Shown here in pieces: positions 48,139-55,735 of a stretch of 64,000 nucleotides of DNA. Made by a program: the position numbers and the translations under genes. The DNA comes from Dehalococcoidia bacterium. GTDB lineage: Bacteria; Chloroflexota; Dehalococcoidia; Lucifugimonadales; UBA3495. The stretch spans positions 720,318 to 784,317 of the forward strand of contig CBDCNN010000001.1 in NCBI GenBank assembly GCA_965219395.1. Reading direction: 5' to 3'. Within the stretch, counting starts at the first letter, position 1, and every line of letters starts with the position of its first letter. A model generated the notes under the pieces. It saw nothing but the letters and a program-made list of their open reading frames with translations, searched no databases and was not told where the DNA came from.

Positions 48139-48900
48139 ATGCGCCGATCGCAGGGCGTTGCCGAGGAGTTCATGGGTGGCCGATGGAGCCTATATGGGTT
48201 AAACGGCTAAGTTAAAGTTGTGGCCCCCAATCTAATCGACGTTAAAGAAAGGGCGACCCCGAGCCATGAGCAATGCCCCGATGAGTGAATGTTTGAGCTC
48301 TGGGTAGAGAAGGCCGAACCGGCGAACCTAAGGAGAGCAAACCGATAGGTCAAGCGTCCAAAGTGTTCGAGTCAAAGGGAAGACGTAACCGCGGCAGCTA
48401 TTGTTAAGGTCAACCATCTTCCACATCTGGGCGCTAGCGAGCCACTCTACTACCTGTACGGCACTTCCGAAGATATAGCTGAATTGGCTTCGCCGAACCT
48501 AACTTATGTAACGGTGTCCAAGCGGTGAATTACGGTGATGTTCGAGCCCGATAAGAGATACATAGGGATCGACGTGGATGCCCGCAGATGAACGGAGTGG
48601 CAGCACAACACGGCCATTGACAAGGCGAAGGGAGCGCTCCTGCTGAGTCTAAGGCAGGAGTGAGGGAAAACGTCCAGGATTGCCGGTTCTCAGTGGGGGA
48701 ATTGCAGTTCTGGCTCCATGAGAGTCGATCGTCCGGCCAAAGAGGGGCGCTCACACCAGACACGAAGAAAGCATCCGGCTCGAAGAAATGCCAAGCCAAG
48801 CCGGACGCCCTACGACGGTCGTTGTGGAACTTGAGGTCGAACCCGGAGGACAACGCCTACAGCTCGGAGGAACTGTAACAAGGAGGTGACTCAATGGAAT
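48139..48900 (+). ncRNA. Possible group II intron 5' remnant (domains I-III and start of IV), no reverse-transcriptase ORF, no domain V
   Basis: The region 47.9-49.0 kb has no convincing ORF. 'ATGCGCCGATCGCAGGGCGTT' resembles the Ll.LtrB 5' end 'GTGCGCCCAGATAGGGTGTT' as I recall it. The region is purine-rich and GAAA/GNRA-rich, and a strong SD+ATG (AAGGAGGTGACTCAATG, ~48881-48896) opens only a 27-codon ORF. Confidence 0.3.
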
Positions 48901-49041
48901 GGCAGGAATTTGCCATTCTTTTGCCATTCTTATTCTTGCGGCCCCTTGCGTCTCAATGCTGTTGTATGAGAAATTGAGACTGAGCGATAAGGCAATATTC
49001 CTGTTCAATGATACTCAATGGCGCTAGATACAATTGGTTAA

Positions 49042-49084
49042 ACGGATTTTAAGTCCGCCGCGTCTGCCTTTCCGCCATCCCGGC
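49042..49084 (-). pseudogene. tRNA-Leu(UAA) 5' half (positions 1-43: acceptor 5' strand, D-arm, complete anticodon arm); 3' half missing
   Basis: The minus strand reads 'GCCGGGA TG GCG GAAAGGCAGA CGC G GCGGA CTTAAAA TCCGT'. The downstream sequence has no variable arm, no T-arm (no GGTTCGA) and no matching 3' acceptor strand. Confidence 0.6.
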
Positions 49085-49368
49085 ATCCACCTTAACTTTA
49101 CACGAATTGCAGGCCCTACGGGGCGGTTGCCCCCGTGTCCAGTGGACAAAGCCTGCGGAAAAGCGGGACCCCAGGCGGCTTGGGATCGTCGCCTGCCACG
49201 ATGGGACAGTCGGAGCGTTTGGCACGGCCGTTAAGGATAACGAGACAGGTGTGGACAATATTCTCAGGGCATACAAAGAGCAGTCTGAAAACCGCGTCGT
49301 GTCGTAATACTGTCAGGTAACTGGCGAGGCCGGGGAGCCAAGAGGCCTTGTCATTGGAGTGAGATCAG

Positions 49369-49920
49369 GTGTCTGACCAAAATGTCGATGTTGCAGTACT
49401 TGGCGGCGGATGTTTCTGGTGCGTTGAGGCCGTCTTCAACGAGATCGCCGGGGTGACGGCGGTTACGTCCGGATATTCGGGCGGCCATAAGGCCAATCCA
49501 AACTACTATGAAGTATGCGGTGAAAAGACCGGACACGCCGAGGTGGTGCGGCTGGAATTCGACCCGGAGCGGGTAACGTTCACCGAGATACTGGAAATGT
49601 TCTTTGCCACTCACGACCCGACCACTCTCAACCGCCAAGGGGCGGACCGGGGCGCACGCTACCGGTCGGTGATTCTGTACACTTCCGAGTCCCAGAAAGA
49701 GCAGGCGGTGGATTTCATCAGGGCATTGGATGCGTCGGGCACAGAAAGCGGGCCAGTGGTCACTCAGGTTGTGCCGTTCGAGGCCTTCTATCCTGCTGAA
49801 AGGGAGCATCAGCTCTTCTACCAGAACAACCCCCGCAGCATGTACTGCCAGATCGTGATCAGCCCCAAGGTTGCCAAGGTACGGCAGAAGTTCGGTGGCA
49901 AACTACGGTCGCGGGTGTAG
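49369..49920 (+). CDS. msrA: Peptide-methionine (S)-S-oxide reductase MsrA
   Basis: 'VAVLGGGCFWCVEAVF...GYSGG...NPNYYEVCGEKTGHAEVVRLEFDP...THDPTTLNRQGADRGARYRS'. GTG start. Confidence 0.95.
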   Translation: MSDQNVDVAVLGGGCFWCVEAVFNEIAGVTAVTSGYSGGHKANPNYYEVCGEKTGHAEVVRLEFDPERVTFTEILEMFFATHDPTTLNRQGADRGARYRSVILYTSESQKEQAVDFIRALDASGTESGPVVTQVVPFEAFYPAEREHQLFYQNNPRSMYCQIVISPKVAKVRQKFGGKLRSRV

Positions 49921-49981
49921 TCGCCACGGACTGCTTGGAACCCGGCAGCCGTAGATCAAGGGACTCTGCGCACCACCTTTT

Positions 49982-50018
49982 CACCCCCACCCTAACCCTC
50001 CCCCTCAGGGGGAGGGGA
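49982..50018. repeat. REP-like palindromic element, family 1 (CACCCCCACCCTAACCCTCCCCCTCAGGGGGAGGGGA)
   Basis: Hairpin CCCTCCCCC/GGGGGAGGG. Related copies lie at 50118-50151 and 52455-52492. Confidence 0.8.
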
Positions 50019-50117
50019 CTCTTGAGGCAGATTCTCAGAGGGTGTCTGGCAATCTCCCTTTGCAGGGAAACAAGAGCCCAAGAAAGGATCCGCTATTCCT
50101 GCTAAATCAAAGGGACG

Positions 50118-50151
50118 CCCTAACCCTAACCCTCTCCCAGAGGGAGAGGGG
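50118..50151. repeat. REP-like palindromic element, family 1 copy 2 (CCCTAACCCTAACCCTCTCCCAGAGGGAGAGGGG)
   Basis: Hairpin CCCTCTCCC/GGGAGAGGG. Confidence 0.8.
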
Positions 50152-50182
50152 ATTTGTCACACCCCCCCTTTGGCGGGAATGG

Positions 50183-51094
50183 CTAGGCGGGAGGGTTGGC
50201 CTTGAACCAGTCGGCAATCTGGGAGCCGGTGGCTGCCCACACTCCCTGGCGTCGCACCATGTGGCCGAGGGCCTGATCCAGGAAGCCGATGCGGAACGGC
50301 TGGCCGATGAGCCAGGGGTGGAGGTTGAAGGCCATGAGCAGGCCCGACTCCTGCGACCCCTCGTACAGTCCGTCGAAGCTCTCCTCCAGCAGACGAGCGT
50401 AGCGGTCGATGGGCAGCTTGCGGTCCCATAACGCGTTAATGTCGTCCAGTTCCAGCATCAGGGGGAGGGCGCACAGGTTGCCTTGGGGCGTGGTCATGCG
50501 GTATGGCTGCTCGTCGTTGACCCAGTCGCAGACGTAGCTGATTCCCGAGGCCGCGAGGATGCCGGGAGTGCGCTCCGATTCGCCGTGCTCGGGCCCCAGC
50601 CAACCCTGCGGCGCCGCTCCGGTTGCTTGGCGCAGGGCCTCCACGCTGGAATGGACGTATTCCTCCTCGTCCTCCTCCGTCATTCGGCCAGTGATCATGC
50701 GGCTGACCGAGATACCGTGGCCGATGATTTCGGCGCCGCGCTGCTGGCAGTGTTCCACGAGATACGGGTTGGCTTCGGCGGTCATGGCGTCCATGGCCAC
50801 GGTGGGCCGTATGCCGTGCTTCTCCAGCACGTCCAACACCCGGAAGATGCCGACGCGGTGGCCGTACTCGCGGTGGGACACGCGGGCGTAGTCGGGGAAG
50901 GGGCGGTCGGCGATGCCGCCGGGCAGCGAGACGGTGAAGGTGTCCTGCGGGGCCTCCCATTCCATTTTCTCGAGGGTTACCACCACGCAGAGCGCGATGC
51001 GGGCGCCGTCGGGCCAGCGGAGCGCGCCACGCCTGTTGATCGGCGACCATTCATAGTGCTCGTGGTCCATTCCGGGGCGGCGTTCGGCCGGCAT
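50183..51094 (-). CDS. Polysaccharide deacetylase (NodB-homology) family protein, PuuE-allantoinase-like
   Basis: 'YEWSPINRRGALRWPDGARIALCVVVTLE...SHREYGHRVGIFRVLDVLEKHGIRPTVAMDAMTAE...IIGHGIS'. Confidence 0.8.
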   Translation of the reverse strand: MPAERRPGMDHEHYEWSPINRRGALRWPDGARIALCVVVTLEKMEWEAPQDTFTVSLPGGIADRPFPDYARVSHREYGHRVGIFRVLDVLEKHGIRPTVAMDAMTAEANPYLVEHCQQRGAEIIGHGISVSRMITGRMTEEDEEEYVHSSVEALRQATGAAPQGWLGPEHGESERTPGILAASGISYVCDWVNDEQPYRMTTPQGNLCALPLMLELDDINALWDRKLPIDRYARLLEESFDGLYEGSQESGLLMAFNLHPWLIGQPFRIGFLDQALGHMVRRQGVWAATGSQIADWFKANPPA

Positions 51095-51239
51095 ATGGTC
51101 CCTCTCTTCTTACCTACAAATACCCTGATGATTTGGGGTTATCAGCGCCGCTACCCGGGAGCGGAGGGCCAGCACTGGATTCCCGCGAGACCGGGAATGA
51201 TGGATAGGGTGACGCGTCGAGTCTCCCTTTGTTCGCGGA

Positions 51240-52163
51240 TCAGGCGCGATACTGGGCGGAATGAGCGACTACGTCGTCGTAATGGTTGGCGATGTAGTGC
51301 TCGGCGATCTCGTCGGCCGTCGTCTGCCAGACCCCGTCGTGGGACATGATGTAGCCCAGTATCTCGTCCAGATACTTGACGCGGTGGGCCTGGCCGATGA
51401 GGTAGGGGTGCAGGGCGATGCACATCACGCGGCCGCTCTCTGCTCCCTCGGCGTAGAGCTGGTCGAACTGGGCCTTGCAGATGCGGGCGAAGTAATCTCC
51501 CTCGAAGTTGCTGCGGAACACCGGAACGTCGTTCAGCTCGAGGCTGTACGGCACCGACACCAGCTTGCCGGACTTAACCCGGATGGGCACCGGCTGGTCG
51601 TCGTGAACCCAGTCGGTGTGATAAATCAGCCCGGCCTCCGCCATGAGGTCGGGGGTGCGGTCTGTGCCGGAGATAGCCGGGCCCAACATCCCCTTGAGGG
51701 GCTTGCCGGTGTGACGCCGCAGGGTCTCGATGTTGTCCCGATAGAACTCCCGCTCCTCTTCCTCGGAGAGGGTGTTCAGGTAGCGGGTGTTGTATATGCC
51801 GTGGCTCATGAAGTCGTAGTTGCGTTCGATCATGGCCTCGCCGATTTCCGGAAAGTGCTCCAGAACCGCGAGGTTCAGCGATACACAGCACCTGATGTTG
51901 TGCTTGTCCAGCACCTCGGTCATCCGCCAGAAGCCGACTCGGTTGCCGTAGTCGCGGTAGGAATATTGCTGGACGTCGGGAATGGGCATCCGGGGCCACG
52001 CGGTGCGCACGCCGTCGAAGTCCGGCAGGTACTCGTAATGCTCGACGTTGGGTGCGATCCACAGGGCCACGCGAGCGCCGTTGGGCCACCTGATGGCGGG
52101 CCGCTCGATGATCGGACTGTAGTCCACTCTGGATTGGGCTTCGGCCATTTTCGGCGCCTCCAT
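51240..52163 (-). CDS. Polysaccharide deacetylase family protein, paralog of 50183..51094
   Basis: 'YSPIIERPAIRWPNGARVALWIAPNVEHYE...YSYRDYGNRVGFWRMTEVLDKHNIRCCVSLN...FMSHGI'. Confidence 0.8.
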   Translation of the reverse strand: MEAPKMAEAQSRVDYSPIIERPAIRWPNGARVALWIAPNVEHYEYLPDFDGVRTAWPRMPIPDVQQYSYRDYGNRVGFWRMTEVLDKHNIRCCVSLNLAVLEHFPEIGEAMIERNYDFMSHGIYNTRYLNTLSEEEEREFYRDNIETLRRHTGKPLKGMLGPAISGTDRTPDLMAEAGLIYHTDWVHDDQPVPIRVKSGKLVSVPYSLELNDVPVFRSNFEGDYFARICKAQFDQLYAEGAESGRVMCIALHPYLIGQAHRVKYLDEILGYIMSHDGVWQTTADEIAEHYIANHYDDVVAHSAQYRA

Positions 52164-52284
52164 TCTGGAGGTTAGAGGTCACCGGCCATTCTAACCGCAA
52201 ACCGAGAAGGTTTACACAGGCCCTCAAGCGGGCACGGGGCCTTTTCAAAGTTTCATCGAGCGTTATTGGTGAGGAGAAATCGTC

Positions 52285-52351
52285 ACTCCCGCGAAAGCGG
52301 GAGTCCAGAGGTATTGGTAGCGGGGGCGCTGGATTCCCGCCGCGCGGGAAT
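52285..52351. repeat. Two REP-like hairpins, family 2 (ACTCCCGC-GAAA-GCGGGAGT at 52285-52304; ATTCCCGC-CGC-GCGGGAAT at 52333-52351)
   Basis: Perfect 8-bp stems. Related hairpins are at 51179-51198 (ATTCCCG-CGAGAC-CGGGAAT) and 54065-54078 (CCCGC-GAAT-GCGGG). Confidence 0.75.
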
Positions 52352-52454
52352 AACGGCCGGACTTTGAAAAGACCCTGAAGCGGCCACTGGGCCTATTGGA
52401 AACCATCTCGAAACAGATGAATTGCTTTCCCCGCGGACATGTCGTATTTCCGTC

Positions 52455-52492
52455 TCACCCCCACCCTAACCCTCCCCCTGAGGGAGAGGGGA
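52455..52492. repeat. REP-like palindromic element, family 1 copy 3
   Basis: 'CACCCCCACCCTAACCCTCCCCCTGAGGGAGAGGGGAC'. Confidence 0.8.
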
Positions 52493-53238
52493 CTATGGAG
52501 AGGTGCTGGCGAAGGTGGCCATCCCTGAACCCCAACAAAGATCAGGCTACGGTGTCTCAGTTATCCAGGGACTGACCAGCGGCACCGGGCACCATTGGCA
52601 GGCTGAAAAACTTTTCCAAATCCGTTCATTTCCGCTCACATCCGCTCATTTTGGGCAACTGTTATACGTGAGAGGCAGGGTGCATTGCCGTCCATTGTTG
52701 ATACTCAGGTCCTTGCCGGCCGCTTGGTTGGGCCGGACTTTGGCGTGGGTGGCCAAGATCCGGCGCTCGCGCTTTACCAGTTAATAGTACATATATTCTA
52801 ATACGGTGGCAAGAGAAAATTGTCAGCGGACCAGGGCCCGTCTCGATTCAGAGTTCGAGAGCGAGGGGTTTGGCCCCATAGAAGGGGAGGCCGGGGTGCG
52901 CTTGCGCATGATGGCGTCTGTCCGTTGTCTGAGCGAGCGAAAATCGTGGTCTCAATATTTGTCGAGGCCATCTCTGAAATTGCGGACGGGGGCGAACATT
53001 CGCAGCCGCCCAGCGGATAACTCGCTCCGCCGCCTGGGCCGGGGCGAGGACGGGCATTTCCTTGGGGCAATGGGAAGTATCAGTTTCGGCGTATTTGCGG
53101 TTATACTATTGAGACTTCAAGACGGTCCAGGGACTCGCAGGGCCCTGGGTGCTGAGCAGTTATCCGGAATCAGGGCCTGGCTTCCGATTGATGCGAACCC
53201 CCGAAACCAGAGTTACGTGATGGTACGAGAGATCGTTC

Positions 53239-53973
53239 TTGGCGGTTGAGGCGGACACCCTCCGCAGATCGGCGCTGGTGCTGGTGGTTATCGGCTTGGC
53301 GTGGAACCTGATGGAGGCCGTGGTGGCATTCTGGGCAGGCCTTCAGGCCGGAAGCGTGGCCATGCTGGCCTTCGGACTGGACAGCATCGTCGAGCTCATG
53401 GCGGGTGGCGTGCTTGCCTGGAGGCTCAGGACGGAGCGGGACGAGGAGGAGGCGGAGGCCGCGGAAAGAAGGGCCCAACGCCTGCTGGGGCTCAGCTTCT
53501 TTTTCCTGGCGGTGTACGTCGTCATTCATTCCGGGGCCAATCTGGCGGGATGGCTGCCCGAGCCGCAGCCGAGCATCGCGGGTGTGGCGATCGTGGTAGC
53601 GAGCGCCGTTGTGATGACCTTCCTGTACGTGGGGAAGATGCGCATTGCCACCCGTATGCAGTCGAGGGCGTTGAGGGCGGAGGCGATGGAGAGTCTTTTC
53701 TGCGATCTCCAGGACCTGAGCATCCTGGTGGGCCTGGGGCTCAACAGCCTGTTGTCGTGGTGGTGGGCTGATCCGGTGGCGGCCCTGGTATTGGTGCCCT
53801 TTTTCATCAAGGAAGGCAGGGAGAACTTTGCCGGGCATAGTCACGGGGACGAGCATGAGCACCACGATGACGAACATGATGAACATAATCATGAACCGGC
53901 AGCCCGTGTCTGCTTCTGCCGCAGCTGCTATTTCGGCGTGCGCACGTGCCGGGCGGCGTGCTGCCAGGCGTGA
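53239..53973 (+). CDS. Cation-efflux (CDF-like, membrane domain only) protein with His/Cys-rich tail; start uncertain
   Basis: 'AGLQAGSVAMLAFGLDSIVE' and 'ADPVAALVLVPFFIKEGRE' fit the short cation-transporter family. The tail is 'HSHGDEHEHHDDEHDEHNHE...CFCRSCYFGVRTCRAACC'. Confidence 0.65.
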   Translation: MAVEADTLRRSALVLVVIGLAWNLMEAVVAFWAGLQAGSVAMLAFGLDSIVELMAGGVLAWRLRTERDEEEAEAAERRAQRLLGLSFFFLAVYVVIHSGANLAGWLPEPQPSIAGVAIVVASAVVMTFLYVGKMRIATRMQSRALRAEAMESLFCDLQDLSILVGLGLNSLLSWWWADPVAALVLVPFFIKEGRENFAGHSHGDEHEHHDDEHDEHNHEPAARVCFCRSCYFGVRTCRAACCQA

Positions 53974-54262
53974 CGGGGGGTTACGCTGACTATAGAGGCG
54001 GGAGACATTCCCGGTCAGGTGGTCGGAATAAAATAGCCGGGCTACAGAGATGGGTCAACTGACCCCCGCGAATGCGGGCGTGCCGTGTGCCGCAGTGGTA
54101 AAGCACCTAAATTGGAACGCCACCGCTGGGCCGCGACCCCAAAGCCGGGAGTCGCTTGAGTCTTGTGGGCTATGACTCCAAATAACCCGTGAGAAATAAT
54201 TGCGTTGACATTGGCCGTTCGTCCTCTCTACACTCGCGATGAGTCCACAGGGTGAGGTTGGC

Positions 54263-55183
54263 ATGAGGCGTTTCGAATACTTGGAGGCGCGGACCCTGCG
54301 GCAGGCGATCGGTATGTTGCAACGGCACGGCCAGCAAGCGCGGGTCGTGGCGGGCAGCACCGATTTCCTGGTCCGGTGGCGCGCGGGATTCTGGCACCCC
54401 GACTACGTGGTGAACATTCAACACATTCCCGGCTTGGGCCGGTTGACCTACAGCCGCCGCAACGGTCTGCGTATGGGGGCGCTGGTAACGATACAGACGC
54501 TGGAGCAGCACCCGGCCATCCGCCAGCACTACCCGGCGCTGGCAGCGGCCGCCGCCTCGTTTGCGGGGGTGCAGGTGCGGAACCTCGCTACGGTGGGCGG
54601 CAACATCTGCAACGCGTCACCCTCAGGCGATATGCTGCCGGCCATGCTGGCCTACGGCGCCGGATGCCGCCTGTCGGGCCCGGACGGCAACCGGCAGGTG
54701 CCGCTTGAGCAGCTTTTCACCGGGCCGGGGCAGACGGTTCTGGCTCACGATGAGGTGCTGACCGAGATTACCTTGCCTCTGCCGGAGACAAACACCGGGT
54801 CGCTGTACATAAAGCACAGCCCACGCGGAGCCATGGACATCGCCACCGTGGGCGTGGCCTCGGCAGTGACGGTTGACCGTTCCGGGGTGTGCACCGGCGC
54901 CCGCATTGCCCTGGGCGCGGTCGCTCCGATACCCCTTCGGGCCCGATCAGCCGAGGATATGCTGCTTGGCCGCAGGCTGGACGCGGAGCTGCTGCAAGCG
55001 GCAGCTGATCAGTCGATGGCCGAGGCCAGCCCGATTGATGACGTTCGCGGCACGGCTAGGTACCGGAGCCAGATGGTCGGAGTGCTGACCCGCCGCACGC
55101 TGGAACACGCAGCCTCCGCTGCTGCTGGCCGGGGGCTTGCTTACGAGGACTACCGGCGATTTGCCATCCAGACGGCCATCTGA
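54263..55183 (+). CDS. Xanthine dehydrogenase/CO dehydrogenase-family molybdenum hydroxylase, FAD-binding (medium, CoxM-like) subunit
   Basis: 'FEYLEARTLRQAIGMLQRHGQQARVVAGSTDFLVRWR...VRNLATVGGNICNASPSGD'. Confidence 0.9.
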   Translation: MRRFEYLEARTLRQAIGMLQRHGQQARVVAGSTDFLVRWRAGFWHPDYVVNIQHIPGLGRLTYSRRNGLRMGALVTIQTLEQHPAIRQHYPALAAAAASFAGVQVRNLATVGGNICNASPSGDMLPAMLAYGAGCRLSGPDGNRQVPLEQLFTGPGQTVLAHDEVLTEITLPLPETNTGSLYIKHSPRGAMDIATVGVASAVTVDRSGVCTGARIALGAVAPIPLRARSAEDMLLGRRLDAELLQAAADQSMAEASPIDDVRGTARYRSQMVGVLTRRTLEHAASAAAGRGLAYEDYRRFAIQTAI

Positions 55184-55238
55184 GCGATATCAGTTCCGTA
55201 GGCAGGGACACAGACCGACATTAAGACAGGACGGCAAC

Positions 55239-55730
55239 ATGAAGAGAGTTGTCCAGATCACCGTCAACGGTGTGGAACGCACCATCCTGGTGGAGCCGTG
55301 GTACTCATTGCTGGATATGCTGCGTGACGAGCTGCATCTCACGGGCACGAAGAAGGGGTGCGACGAGGGGGACTGCGGGGCATGCACCGTGCTGCTCAAC
55401 GGCCAGCCGGTAACCTCCTGCCTGGTGCTGGCCCACAGCGCCCACGACGCGGAGGTCACCACGGTGGAGGGGCTGGCGTCCGGCGGTGAACTGCACCGGG
55501 TACAGCGCAGCTTCGCCGAGCATGGCGGGTTGCAGTGCGGCTACTGTACGCCCGGGTTGATCATTGCCACCGTGGGGCTGCTGAACAGCAATCCCGACCC
55601 CACCGAGGAGGAGGTCAAGTTCGGCCTCGGCGGGAACCTGTGCCGGTGTACCGGTTACTCGAAAGTGATAGAGGCCGTTATGGCCGCTGTGGAAAGTTCC
55701 CAGCTCGACAAATCCGGGGAGGCGGAGTAG
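55239..55730 (+). CDS. Molybdenum hydroxylase [2Fe-2S] small (CoxS-like) subunit
   Basis: 'TGTKKGCDEGDCGACTVLLNG...SC' and 'QCGYCTPG...LCRCTGY'. Confidence 0.9.
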   Translation: MKRVVQITVNGVERTILVEPWYSLLDMLRDELHLTGTKKGCDEGDCGACTVLLNGQPVTSCLVLAHSAHDAEVTTVEGLASGGELHRVQRSFAEHGGLQCGYCTPGLIIATVGLLNSNPDPTEEEVKFGLGGNLCRCTGYSKVIEAVMAAVESSQLDKSGEAE

Positions 55731-55735
55731 CAGAT

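Noticed and set aside
49042-49084. tRNA-Leu(UAA) interrupted by a group I intron, as in cyanobacteria and plastids
   Set aside because: Those introns sit inside the anticodon loop. Here the anticodon arm (GCGGA-CTTAAAA-TCCGT) is intact and no 3' exon (T-arm or acceptor) is found within 1 kb. The intron-like sequence nearby is on the opposite strand.
55535-55735. Upstream extension of the large-subunit ORF (start at 55535)
   Set aside because: That part overlaps the 3' end of the [2Fe-2S] subunit gene in another frame and translates to Arg/Gly-rich filler. 'MAEFNVLGKNHVRVD' at 55736 is the canonical start.
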